Assembly (NCBI GenBank): GCA_000320545.1
Contig: ADNK01001328.1
Location: 1 to 64,000, forward strand
Reading direction: 5' to 3'
From: Bigelowiella natans CCMP2755
Taxonomy: Eukaryota > Protista > Cercozoa
Length of the DNA: 64,000 bases
The notes below the pieces were generated by a model. That model did not search any database. It worked only from the letters and a program-made list of their open reading frames with translations, and was not told where the DNA came from. This document shows, one piece after another, positions 14,015 to 26,711 of this stretch; the stretch's first letter is position 1, and each line of letters opens with the position of its first letter. A program made the position numbers and the translations under genes.

Positions 14015-15334
14015 TATGTCACCTTTCTCTCTGCAGCCTCTCGAGCCTCCTACTCACGAATAACATTTTTCCAACGATAGCAATAGTGAGGAGGAGGGAG
14101 AGGGGAGGAAGCCGCATAGAAGCCAATGGTGTGGTAATTGATGAAGGGTTACAATGCACGTTGTGGAATAGGTTTAATGTTGGTCTGAAACTGCTTCACA
14201 ATATTTGATATCTTCTTTCCTTCATGCCCTACTATCGTCTTCATCCTCCCCCCCATTATTATTATTCTCTAGTTTGCAAACCTTCTCCTTCCTGAGCCTC
14301 TCTTTCTCTCGGCGTTCTTCCTCTTTTATCCGCTGCTCCTCGAGCTTCCTGCGTTGTTCTTCCTCACGTCGCTGTCGCTCAAGTTCCTTTGACACACAAA
14401 ATATTGATCGTGTTAGAATCGTCATGGAGCAGCTTTATCAATGAAAGGCATGGATGAATAGAAGTGCATGATTAATAATATAGCCGTGTCAAAGCAACAG
14501 CTGCTGCAAGGCTCACTACCACATGCATACAACGATAATGATGATTATGATGATGATGATGATGATGATGATGATTGTGAAGAGGACAGGAAAGCAGGCA
14601 TGCCCTAGGCAGTAAACATGTTGTTGTCATCACATTTTCTCTACAGCTCGTAAGGTCTTGTTGGCCAAGAATGATAACGATATCACCCTCCAAGATCGAT
14701 CGTTATATGATATCATAAATGTTGTTGCAGTAGCAGTAGCAGATAACAGACACCTTCTCCTTTCGAAGGCGTTCTTCCTCTTGCCTCTTCTGAGCCTCCA
14801 CACGCAACCGCTCTACCCGCTCCTCCTCCTGTCGCAGTCTCTCTTTTTCTTGCATTATTGCCTTTGAAGGAGGAGCAGAAACAACGATCAAGAGACATCA
14901 TCCATCCATCGAGAAACTATTCACTATGATATCACGAATGAACGAATAAGCTGGGACTACTCTGCCCCCCCCCCCCCTCTCTCTCTCTCTCCGTGTGTCT
15001 GTCTTTAGTAGAATATAAGTAGTATCAGAGAAAGAAGTGATTGCCTGGATCCTTTGGCGTTCTTTCTCCTCTTCCTCCTCGATTCTCTTCCTCTCCTCTG
15101 CTTCACGAACTCGACGCTCCTCCTCTTCTCTGGCTTTCCTCTCGGCCTCAAGCCTTTGTTGAAGCAAGTGCTGTTGCCTCTCCCTTTCGCGTCTTGTCTT
15201 TTCCTCCTCCTCCTCTCTTTTCTTGCGGGCTGCCTCTCTTTCAGCCTCCTCACGTAGTCGCCTTTCCCGGAGAACACGCTCTTGTTCCTGTGGAACGACG
15301 TGCAGAAGACAGAATTCATTATCGTTGTTGTTGT

Positions 15335-15366
<32 letters not shown>

Positions 15367-16082
15367 GGGGTGATGATGATTGATGAGGGATGATGCATAA
15401 GTGCACACACACAGACACACGTGTGCATACATAAAGATGAGAAAGAGATAGCGGTGGTATTTTAGCAGTGAGTGACCGAGAGAACTAAAGACTCTATACT
15501 ACTACTACTACAACTATTATTATTATTATTAGTAGTAGTAGTAGTAGTAAATGCTCGAAGGGGTTACCCCCACCCACCAATTTCTCCGCAGCAAGTCTAC
15601 GCTGCCTCTGCATCATCCTCTGCTGTTCCGCAATATCAAGCTGCCTTTGCTCAAGAGCCTTGAGCTCTTCTTCCACGCGCCTTTTCTCCTAATATTCATG
15701 GATGATGACGGTGATGTATGCAACGATGATGATGATCAGATACATCTTGATGGTAGTAACGGTGAAAGACAATAAGATGTATTATCATGTAGCTGCTACT
15801 GGCACCTGTAAGGCTCTTTCTGCTGCCTGTTCCTGCTGCATGCGCGTACGTTCGAGTTGTGCAAGGATCTTAAGCTGATCAGCATCCATATTCATCGGTA
15901 CTGCAGAGTATTCCTCCTCCTCCTCCTCATCTTCTTCAACTGCAGCTGACTCCACAAGTCTAACCCCACTGCCATCTGGATTCATTTATTCGTTCATTCA
16001 GCGAAGTGAGAAGAAGAAGATGATGATGAAGTAGAAGAGAAATGTAGCGGCATCATGTATTGCACAGAATGCGCGCGCGCGC

Positions 16083-16118
<36 letters not shown>

Positions 16119-16866
16119 TCGATCGTTTCTGTGTGTTCTTGTGATTCACATGATATCCTCTCACTTTTTTCTTCTTCCTCCTCCTCCCTTGGCTTAGAGC
16201 ACTTTTGAAAGAAAGCTTCCGGTACCCATCCAGTACTGCCAACAACAACCTCAGAAGCAGTGCTGCTGCTGCTACTACTGCCCATAACCAGCACTGTAGC
16301 GAATCCCCATCCATCGGCTATATCTTCAAGAGTCACAATGGTGTTCTCACAAACACTCATCTCACCGTCTTCGCTGCCCCGAAAATCTTCCTGATATTTG
16401 TCAAGAGTAGGGGAGGGTGGGCGGCGTGAATGAATATAGGAACTGCATTGGCTACTACTACATACACAGCATGCACGTATTACTATCGTTATTACCACAC
16501 ATTTGTAGTAATTGCCCTCCTCCTGTGTCGGAGCGGAAACAAGAGAAGAGGCCGTTGCTGGCTGCTTATTTTCTCTGCTGCTATCATCTTTTTTCTCTTC
16601 TTCATGCTCTATCATGTCAATATTAGTAGCCTTCTTTGTGGAAGGAGGAGGAGGAGGAGAGTTGATGTTTCGCAGCTTTGGCAGCTTCCCCCCCTCCTCC
16701 GTGACGTCAGAGGGGGGTGGGGATGCTGGTGATGATGAGGGGAACGATGGCGGGGTTTTGACAGTCTCACGCGCAATCTTGTAAGATATCTGATTCTTCG
16801 AGAAACTACGCAGTCCCATGGCGCTCGGAACTTTGCCGTCTAGGAATTATGTTTTGATGACAAAAA

Positions 16867-16902
<36 letters not shown>

Positions 16903-17150
16903 TGAATCTTAAAACAAGAACCAAGACTGATCTTCTTCCAAAATAGCATTAAATATTCAGCAGACCAATAGCCCCTCGCGTGTCCTCCTACTCTAACTAC
17001 TACTACTACTAACAACAACTACGAAGACGACGGGGACTGTGCCTCTGCCCTCGAAGAAGATATGCCGTATTAGTAGTAGTAGTAGACGCCAATGGGTTCT
17101 TATTATTCTCTCTGTCTTTTTTATTCCTACAAATCAGCAAATGAGAGATG

Positions 17151-17206
<56 letters not shown>

Positions 17207-17266
17207 ACTCCTCCTCCCCCCCCTCCTCTCTCTTCTTCTCTCTCTTCCATGTGCTTGTGTGTTTGT

Positions 17267-17314
<48 letters not shown>

Positions 17315-18427
17315 ATGCATCAATCATTTGCTGCTTCATAGGAATAAAAAAGACAGAGAGAATAATAAGAACCCATTGGCGTCCATAGGATCCGATGGTG
17401 CTGCGATCTTCTTCGAGGGCAGAGGCACAGTCCCCGTCGTCTTCGTAGTTGTCGTGGTGACCTTAACCGTGAGAGTAGGAGGACACGCGAGGGGAAAATG
17501 CTAAATGATGAGTGCGGAAGCTACAAACGAGGTCGCTTAGCATGTGTGTTTGTGTGTGTGTGTGCGCGCGCGCGCGCCAGTGTGATGTATACAGCCTTAC
17601 ATGATCTTGCTACTCACCAAGCAACATTTTTATTCACATGATAAGTTAAACTAGTACTTCTTTACTTCTATTGTTAATTTGGTGAGTGATCCCTATCTTT
17701 TTTTTCCTTCTTTTTCTTCTTCTTCTTCTTCTTCTTCTTCTTCTTCTTCTTCTCCTCCTCCTCTACATTGGGCATTCGCATATCCCTTCCCCCTTAGCCT
17801 TCCCCATAAATAAATTCGTGTTTCTTGTTGTCCGTACCTTCTGAGAGTGCTGCTGCTGCTGCTGTTTAGTCGATGCAGCTGCGGCTGCTGCCATTGATTT
17901 TTGCCAGATGGAACGACCTTTTCCCTGTTATTATCAATCGTTCATTGACACAATTATAGTTTTCAGGAAGCAGACAGTATGCGACAATAGAAATCACACG
18001 TACACTGCTGCTGCTGCTGCTACTGTTTATGTAGTAGATTATGAGCTTGTTGCAGCAGCTACCACTACTGCTAGTACTACTCTATGTGATGATGATGATG
18101 ATCACAATTGCACCTTCATGTTGGTTATCTTCTGCGGTTTTCCCGATGACTTTGCTGAGGAAGCCGTTGTACTCTTGAACCTAGGAAAGGAGGAGGGTTT
18201 GGCTTTCAAATTGCTGATCATGCCGCAACTTACTAATTAATTACGGTTTGTGAAGCTTCTGGGCTCGTCGGAAGGCACCATTTGCACTGTTTTTCTTTCT
18301 TGTTGGAGGGGGAACGATAGCACCGCCTCTCGCCTAAACACATGCATGTTAGTAAGATTTGCTGCTGCTGCTGCTGCTTCTTCGTGTGTGCATGTGTAAT
18401 GTAACGTTGGTCCAAGAGAACGAGAGG

Positions 18428-18464
<37 letters not shown>

Positions 18465-19319
18465 CGGTTATTACTGTTATTATTATTAATATTATTAATA
18501 TTATTATCATTGCAGCAGCAATTAAACGCAACAGTCTGTCCAATGGTAGCAAAGTCATTCATCTTATAGTTGTATTTGTGCTGTTATATTTTCACCGTGT
18601 GATGTTGCTGCTGGTGCTGCTGCATTTTCTTCTTGGTTGGCTTCCATGTGTTTGCCTTACCCCCCCCACCCTGTCAAGATAATGCAAAAGCACAGATACA
18701 TTCATTAAAATCTACTCGATTAAGAAACATGAAAATTTATTGAAAGATCTCGAGTTGATAATATCACTGTGCCAACCTCTTCACTACCTTGACGAATAGC
18801 TGCTCGTGCATGTTGAATATCATTAACACGATGTTAATGATCAATTTCGTGCCTTCTACTGTACCAACGTCCGGACCGCCTCCAGAATTTTTGCTATTAT
18901 CATCAAAGATACGCATGGAGATAATTACGTGGAGACGACGGTGAGTTTAGTAAGTTTGAGATGTGCTTGATGACTAACGTGAGTTTTCGATGAATAAAAC
19001 AAGAAAAAGGCGCTCATGATAATAATAGCTATTGGGTGATAATCACAATGAATAACTATAATCAAAACAATAATTAATGCAAAAAGCAGGAGGAGTGTCG
19101 TTTGTGATACTACTCGATTTCCGATCGAGTTGATTCTGATTCTTACTCGATTATTATTATCATCATTATTAGTATTATCATCATCCCTCCTACTCCATCA
19201 TCAAGTTATATATAGTACCGTGGTCTTAGGATCGAGGGGCCAAATACCACTGCGAGGTCACCGATGCTATGATAGGAAGTAAAGGAGAGGAGAAGATGAT
19301 GGTGAAGAAGAAGGTAACA

Positions 19320-19355
<36 letters not shown>

Positions 19356-20948
19356 TCGGTAGGAAGAAAGCCTATTTATCTAAGACAGGCGTTCATACTT
19401 GGACAAATGCTCTAATAAATCGAATTATAGTGCGTGTTTTGTTCCTTTCTTTCCATCGGTAGTAGCTATTCAGCTTGTGACGTCTATTACATCCGAGGAG
19501 AACTGCTCTAAATCTTCATGTTTTTGTTCTTCCATCGAATAACCACCTATCGTCGAGGCTCATGCACAGCTTGGCAATGGAGTGGAGATTCGCATATCTG
19601 TAGTAGTCACAACATATACACTGAATAATAGGTCATCACAACTTTCCTTGCCTGTCATGTCATAGATGGATTCTACGTTGGTTTTTCTTACACACATATG
19701 CATAAATATCCAGTTACAGCACCACCTTGGTTTCGGCAGCTCGGAGAGCGCTTTTGATAGACTGACAAAGAAGCGAATACTAAGATGCGCAAGTACGTTG
19801 TGCACATCCAATGTTGTGTGTCGGGGGGGGAGGGGGGGGTAAGAGAGAGATACGATAGAAGAGCAGCTGTGTTCGGAACTAGCGCAATCTTTCATAATAA
19901 TGATATTATCATATTCTTGGTGCTACTATGTTGATTTTACTAGTATGTACAACCGTTTTGCCTTGACAGAATCTGGAAGGCCACGGGCCTCCTCTGCAAT
20001 CTCAATGTACCGATCGTACTGAGAATGCTGAATAATAGGCTCTGGCATGTCTATAGAATGAAGTCAATGAAAATTGACATTAGGACACTGCTGCTGTCGC
20101 GCCGCCAAAACCATATCACCGACGAATAGCACCGATAAACCGATATTTTGTCCTTGTAACGACCGTACATATTTCTTATCGATTTTGCAGATCTACACAA
20201 TTTACCCTGAAAATAGCCCTTAAGGGCCGCAGCAACTGTGTATGGATCGGCCTGAGGCATCAATCTGGATATTATCATATAACACCACCAGTCCTCAAAC
20301 AAATTCATTTGTCACGTATATGTATATGAATTCGTAGCTGGTTGGAACTCAGCAGCTATAGAACGATTAGAATTTGCAGTTTCAGGATCTCACCACCCCA
20401 ACATACAGGCCATGAAGAAGAGCGAGGAATTGTCACGACCTATTAAGAACGGCTTTTTCGTCAGATTTGATCGCTTCGACAAGTTTCGAGTAAACGATCG
20501 CATCGTTGTTCTTTGAGTACTCAACCTAAAGTAGTTGTCACCTCAAAGTTGGGCATACGAGTCTTATGCATTAATCATTATCTTCATCGTTTTCTTATTT
20601 TACCGAGGACTCAATCGAAGTGAACAGTTCCTCTTCTTCAAGAAGATTTTCAGTGATGAAGTGGACAACCTAAACGATACGCCCACTCATCGCATCTCTT
20701 CAAAATGATCCATGTAGACTTTCCGTGATTTTTACCCTATGGATGCCTTGCAAATCCACCCGAAATGCTGAATGATCATTACCCCACTAACCATTGCAAA
20801 GAAAAGCAAGTTAAGGTCCCCATCGCTAACATTGTGTTCGTAGAGAAACCTGCTTCTTTCCAGCCTGCCACAGCGCCATAAGCGCCTGCCTCTCTGCGTC
20901 TCCCATTGTCTTCATGGAGGAAAACATAAAACCATGACTTGCCATCAT
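10534..20948 (-). CDS. Multi-exon RhoGAP(-like) - low-complexity - SH3 - ER/K coiled coil - STARS/ABRA-type C-terminus with Costars domain (possible further 5' exons to ~21250)
   Basis: RhoGAP exons VVHFITENLLEEEELFTSIESS, DPYTVAAALKGYFQ|DMPEPII, IGDLAVVFGPSILRP, IVLMIFNMHEQLF (18790-20790). SH3 YQEDFRGSEDGEMSV...GWGFA...TGWVPEAFFQ (16205-16400). ER/K-rich exons 13300-15900. C-terminus GYGQAPEGSK|SAARAKRATEWVKEQ...FGTLFVAYQDISDTLVGILK|RARKYKVVAFEGDMLWQG|SDNVIISL, stop at 10534. Each domain is clear; that they form one gene is inferred. Confidence 0.8.
11776..11880. repeat. Intronic tandem duplication (~57-bp period x2)
   Basis: atggagaaaactcata(ta/c)acaaataaataag(t)gattgatag-like unit repeated near 11782 and 11840. 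Confidence 0.7.
16972..17494. repeat. Long inverted repeat / fold-back inside the RhoGAP-Costars gene
   Basis: Perfect reverse-complement blocks: 16972-16994/17472-17494 (23 bp), 17015-17061/17406-17452 (47 bp), 17085-17129/17339-17383 (45 bp), 17135-17144/17324-17333 (10 bp), continued inward by (CA)n ~17155-17205 facing (TG)n ~17250-17313. Confidence 0.95.
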
Positions 20949-21642
20949 TTTCTGAATACAGGTTCAGACACAAGGGTAGCATAGAAGCATCGCTCAACAT
21001 AGTGCTCACATGAGTAGGCTTTCTTTCTGAGTATGCCGTTGTGTTGCCCAGATCTCTTTTCAGATCATCAGGTCCGGATCGTCCTATTCTTCTTGATTTA
21101 ATATTATTTTTCTCTCTTAATATTACTCCAGCAGATCCCAAGGATTACCTGATTGCAGGTCAATTTTACATTAATTATCAATAATCTAAGATCGCATGAA
21201 ATATTTCTCACTTCCCAAGCTCCGAAGTCCTAAGCATATTCTCATCCTCATTTTATTTTCATCGAGACACGATGTGGAATCTCGAGATTCTCTTGAGCTT
21301 CGTCTTCGTGGAAGTTGGGCTTTGAAGGATGGTAGCAGTCAAGCGACATCCACTTATTCCCCTGTCAATCGATACAGCCTAAAAAATTAGGTGAGACAAT
21401 GAAATAATTGTTACGACATCGAAAATTCTGTTTGATTTTCCCAGACGCCAGACCTGGTACAATAAGCCTAGTGTCATTGCACTTGGTGGATCAGATACCG
21501 ATGTAAATTGCTGAGCCCGATATGATCTACTCTGTTGATATGAAATGTCATGGCTTTTTGCGTTTTCACCCCGTTTTGCTAACGAGCTTTGAATCTGAAC
21601 GTTATTTCGAATCCAGAATCCTTGACACGTCGAAGCTCCTAG

Positions 21643-22497
21643 TCACCGAACAGAGAACAAGAGCATCTGAGAACAATAGCTCAAAGGATCCCACGGGTTC
21701 GGCATACACCGAATCTGACTACCGACTCTTGGACTACACAAATCCTTGTCGGGAAGATGGGTTGCTCGTCGTTTTCGATGGAGAAGCTCAAGAAAGACCT
21801 TGAGATCAGACAAGCGAAGCGCCAAAGGGGTACCCTCCCTGAAATCGGTTCCATCGTTTATTTCAAAACAAAGAGGCTTATAGGAAGAGTGGTGAGCGTA
21901 AATTATGGTAAGGTAGAGATTTTCTTACGACAGATTGGATCAGGAGAACTCCACAGAATAGAATATAAGAAGGAATGGAAAAGGATAACCGATGTTCCAG
22001 AATTAGCTAAGTTTTCTCCAAATTTTGCAGTTACGGCCCCTTATCGGGGCTCAATGGTGAATGGATACATAGTACACCATGAGGACTCAAAGCTAGTAGT
22101 ACGTTTCAAGCCAGACCCTGCTCATAGTGTCGATAAGACCAATTGGATGCTCGGCAGCACACACAAATATGACGCCGCAGCTCTGAGCATTGGGCACTCA
22201 GGGGAGGATCGACCAAGAAATAGAAATAAAATAGAAATTAAACAAGATGAAAGACAGATGAAATCTTGCGGCCATGCTTTCATCTATTGCAGCAGCTGCG
22301 GGAATGGAATCTGGAATGACCCCTGCACGTGTTATATTACGCGTAAGCGAAAAAGCTGGCACTGCCAGCAGTGTGGAACGAAATCACCCCGTAGAGACGA
22401 TATATGTTGTGGTTCGAGCCCCCTGTATAAACAAACACAAAGCAATGGATATCCCTCAGTATTGTTTCAACAGAACGGATGCAAAGAGCTTATTTAG
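21643..22497 (+). CDS. Hypothetical protein, large terminal exon: two putative SH3-fold/KOW/Tudor-like barrels plus Cys-rich Zn-binding C-terminus; small 5' exons probably lie in 21200-21640
   Basis: Open frame from a CTAG acceptor (21642) to the stop at 22497 with no microsatellites: PEIGSIVYFKTKRLIGRVVSV, VTAPYRGSMVNGYIVHHEDSKLVVRF, CxxC...CxC...WHCQQCG...CC. Confidence 0.6.
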   Translation, partial: SPNREQEHLRTIAQRIPRVRHTPNLTTDSWTTQILVGKMGCSSFSMEKLKKDLEIRQAKRQRGTLPEIGSIVYFKTKRLIGRVVSVNYGKVEIFLRQIGSGELHRIEYKKEWKRITDVPELAKFSPNFAVTAPYRGSMVNGYIVHHEDSKLVVRFKPDPAHSVDKTNWMLGSTHKYDAAALSIGHSGEDRPRNRNKIEIKQDERQMKSCGHAFIYCSSCGNGIWNDPCTCYITRKRKSWHCQQCGTKSPRRDDICCGSSPLYKQTQSNGYPSVLFQQNGCKELI

Positions 22498-22629
22498 CAT
22501 TCTGGAAAACCGTAATTTAAACAAGGAGTGCTATGCAATGCTAGAATGGTTCTCCCTACTTCCTACTATATATATATATATATTATGTGGTTCTCTCATT
22601 ATATGTTTGACATAGTGGATTAGTGGACA

Positions 22630-22990
22630 TGAACATCCATGTCTCCATCATGCCGCACACGTGTGCATGCATGGCACAGCGCATGCATATAACGCACATG
22701 CACGCACATGCAGCATCGATGGACATCACAAGATGGCGTTAATTGAAAATAGTCTCATGCGCGCGGTCGCTCGTACATGCGACACATGCCAATGACACAT
22801 GGTGGCTACGTACGCACCCGTACAGCGCATTATAGACATGTCGTAATACGAGATATATAATATATATCTTATTACTGCGGATACTTCTTATAGACATGTA
22901 ATACGATATATATAATATCTATATATCTTATTACTGTGTCTATTATGCGCATATATTTGCAAGCGCGTATCGGAATCTCGCTTTGAGGCA
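22630..22990. other. Palindromic-word-rich tract at convergent junction 2, with an adjacent ~55-bp tandem duplication (22831-22938)
   Basis: Dense CATG/GCATGC/CACGTG/GCGCGC/TACGTA; tatagacatgt...atatatcttattactg occurs twice. Confidence 0.65.
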
Positions 22991-23965
22991 TTCATGGCGC
23001 TAGCATGCAGCTCCAGGTACAAATTTCACTCTCACTAATCGAACAGGCGTCTAGTCGTCGATCAGACCTATCGATTCGCTTTTGCGCAAGCGCTGCAGCT
23101 GAAAAGTTCACTCGGTAAACAATCAGGTTTACCTTTTGCTGAAAAATTAGAGTAATCGAGCACATCGTAACAAAATTGAATTGCTGCAATGTAATAATGA
23201 ACTAGGATGATAACAGATACGAATAAGTTTAATAATTTTTATAACTCTTTCATGGTCAATTTCGCTGTACTTTTCCTGAATTGGGTCTTAGTTTCTTAAG
23301 TCCCCGGTTCAGATTGTGCATACGAAAAAATCGGCATTGTACCGATGTTCAGACCAATAATAATTTTCTGTTCTTGCGACCAATAAAACAGAAAGTCTAC
23401 ATGGTTATAGTTCAAGTATTTTTTAATATGTACATTCTTTGACTCATGAACAGAAACTATAGATATCATAAAATGTTAACGCTAATTCGACATAATTTCT
23501 ATATTGTGTTGACGTAATTTAGTTCTAAGATAGGAGCATAATTAGATTATTAAAATGCGTATCCCGAACTGAAATAATACCCATATTCTCTGCTATTATA
23601 TTCTCTGCTATTATGGTAAGAAACACTGAAAGGTTGATCCCAAAAGCTCATTATTGCCTTCATACCGCCTATCGGAAACCAAACCATTCCCAATGCTTCC
23701 CATGAACTTTCACAAGCTGTACCTTCGGTTACCCGCCCTTCATTTTAGGTCATAAGGAAGGTGGCTTGAAACCGGGGCAAACTACTTTCTTAGGTGAAAA
23801 TCTACCATTTCTATCACTTAAATTTGCTTGTATTTTATAACACGATTCACTCTTAAAAGTTAAATACATACATCTTTATACAAGAAATACGACTGTACTG
23901 ACTAAACTACTGACGACGGAAAGAATAATATTTCTAATCTTAAGGAATATGTTTTATCCCAGCGT

Positions 23966-24203
23966 CTAGCGACGGTGTACTTTCATGTGGCGAGTCATGT
24001 TGCTCTTCTGGGAGAATGGCCTTTTACAAACTTTGCAGGTGAATGGTTTTTCTCCAGTGTGACTTCGGATGTGAGCCGTTAAGTTTGACCTTTGGTCAAA
24101 TCTCTTCGGGCAAAACTCGCACCGAAACCTAGAAAAGATTCTTGTGAGATTATGTGAGACAGAATATTTTACATTTTCAGATTTTACATATAAGTCTTAT
24201 ACT

Positions 24204-24272
<69 letters not shown>

Positions 24273-25253
24273 CATAACAATACTTTCAGTATACCTTTTA
24301 AGGCGCTTTCCTCCCTTTGAGTTGACATAGTCCGCATCCGTGTCTAATTTTGCAGGAAGCAGTTGAGGCAGAGCGGCTGCCGTCACTTGGCCACTCACGT
24401 TGTTGATAATTGCACCGGACGATAGGAGCTTCACATTAGAGTTTCCAGTCACTGGGTCCCGATCAGTTGCCTGCGCAGGTCGAGCTCTTTTTGCAGGAGG
24501 AAATCGGAGAGATGAGGCTGCTGCTACAAAGCTTTGTCCCTTCGATGGGGCAGTCGCTGGTGAAGGTTGTGTTATCTTAGCTTTGTACAAACCAGCGCTA
24601 GGATTTTGAGAAGCAAGAAGGGGACAAGTCGTGATTGGGGTATGTACTTCAGTTTCTCTAATATTATCTAATGATTTTCTCTTCAAAGAAGAGCTGGTCT
24701 TTTCAATGCTAAGAATGGTCTCTACTTTCGGTTTCACTTCTTTTGTTTCTGGTGTAGGGAGAAGCGTCTGAGTTGCGGGAAGTAACGGTCCACGCACCAC
24801 TGGATTTACAAGAGCCTTGATCAAGCTGGTATCAGATTCTGAATTCGAGTTGCAAGAAGAAGCCATTGCAGCAGACAGTCCAACCTTTGAATCTCGGTAA
24901 ATGGAGTTTGGCCGAAGTAGGCATGAACGGCACGACCAACTGTGATCCACCTCACTGTGAATGTCAAAGCAAGCAAGACTGGAGCAGAAGGACTCGAGGC
25001 ATTGTATACACCTTACTAAACATTGGTCGGTAGTGTGGATAGGGCAGATGGGATACAAGTCACGCGAAATCTGCCTCACGGTCTCGTCTGAAACGAACGC
25101 TAGAGGATTAAACTTCGCATCTAATGAATCATCTGAGGGTTCAGACTCAGATTCTGGCTCAGAGAGAGAGGATATGAGCTTACATACTTCTTCGTTAGCA
25201 ATAGGCACAGGAGCTTTCATCCCAGGGAGTTTAGGTTGAGAAGATAACATCAT
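23966..25253 (-). CDS. C2H2 zinc-finger transcription factor (two Kruppel-type fingers) with N-terminal PHD/B-box-like Cys/His cluster; join(23966..24128,24295..25253)
   Basis: Exon 2 reads [53 protein letters not shown] with the TGEKP linker. Exon 1 contains CPIH...CIQC...CSSLAC..IH......WSCRSC. GT-AG intron is in phase. Confidence 0.93.
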
Positions 25254-26632
25254 TTTTTAGCTGTGTTCGTTTTGGAAGTTTCCAAGCTTTTAAATTCTTA
25301 AAAATGGCGGTGTATTTAAAAGCTCCTTAGATTTAAATGCCAAGGGATAGCAATATGTCCCACAGAGGAGGAGATAATAGGTAGAGCAGATAGGGTGAGG
25401 CTTGCAGATAGGGTTACGGGGATGGGTTCTGCTTACTTTGCTGAGATCCAGTCCAACAATTCAAGCTTGTTTTTCAATTAATATTGTAATTTCTTGTTGA
25501 CGTCAATAATAATCATAGGCAATTTTAGATTGTTACTCGAACGCGCGTCCAGATCCGTAAGCATCCAGCAAAAAAAGACTTAACACATACTCGCAACAAG
25601 TCCGAAGCTTGAAGAATTGGCTCTGACACAGGACGTTTGTTATGATAATGGAAGTTAAAACACTGAAATATGACAAATTACCCTCGATAAATTGAAATAA
25701 TATTCGAAATGCTGATAAGAGAGTGAAACAGTTTGGCTTCGTACACAAAAAAATAGAGTTAGATCCAAGAGAGTTTACGTATCTAATAAAAATTCAAAAT
25801 AAGTTTCACATTCCAAAACAACAAGAATTGTGAAAGCGCTCTAATATTTTCAACATAACATCCTAAATAAGGAAAAATCACTTTTAACCCAAACATACTC
25901 TATGTTTCTTGTCAAAATTAATTTGAGATAACGTCTGGAAAAAATATTTTTCATTCCTAGTTTTGCATGGGATTTTTTTTATGGAAGAGGCGTTAATTGT
26001 CCAAAAATGCACAACTTCCCAACTTGCAAGTAAGAGAAGAGATAGGAAAACCTCACGGTTACCTAAATAGATACCCGCGAGATTGACATTTAATTATTCG
26101 GCTCTTGTTCTATTTGTTCTTTCTTGAAGATTTCGCCTAAAGATCTTTGAATGAGCAAGTTGAGATGCAGCAAGATTGTCTTATCTCATCCCGGAAATAA
26201 ATTAAGGAATTTTTAGGTAGATGTTGGGGAGAGCTTTTCTCTCGTTAATATACTTGGTAATTATTTTGCTATATTTTCACTATAATTGATAACATTCAAA
26301 GCTAAACGACAACATAATGTTTGAAATTAATCATTATTAAAGTCTGATTTAAATTTAAAAAATGCTTATCCATGCTGATTTTTCATTGATTTTTGATCCG
26401 TTTCAAATTTTGGTATTTGCTTCATGAGATACAAATGCTGCGAACAATTTTTCCGTAATAATAATTATTATTATCATTATTATCATTATTATTATCACAT
26501 CAAAAAATATCGAATTTAGTCCCGTTTGCTCCAAATAAAGAATCCTCCAACCCTCTTTTTTAAAGAATACTGCGATATTTTAGTTTTCAGTATTTCAAAT
26601 AAAAAATGCTGCAATTATTATTATCTCGTTTT

Positions 26633-26711
26633 TAACCCTTGTAAACAAACTCCCAGAAAGTCAAATAACCCTTGTAAACAATGCAATGTAAACAAACTCC
26701 CAGAAAGTCAA
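26633..26711. repeat. Nested direct repeats containing three TGTAAACAA, upstream of the PhyH-HEAT gene
   Basis: TGTAAACAAACTCCCAGAAAGTCAA at 26640 and 26687; TAACCCTTGTAAACAA at 26633 and 26666. Confidence 0.8.
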
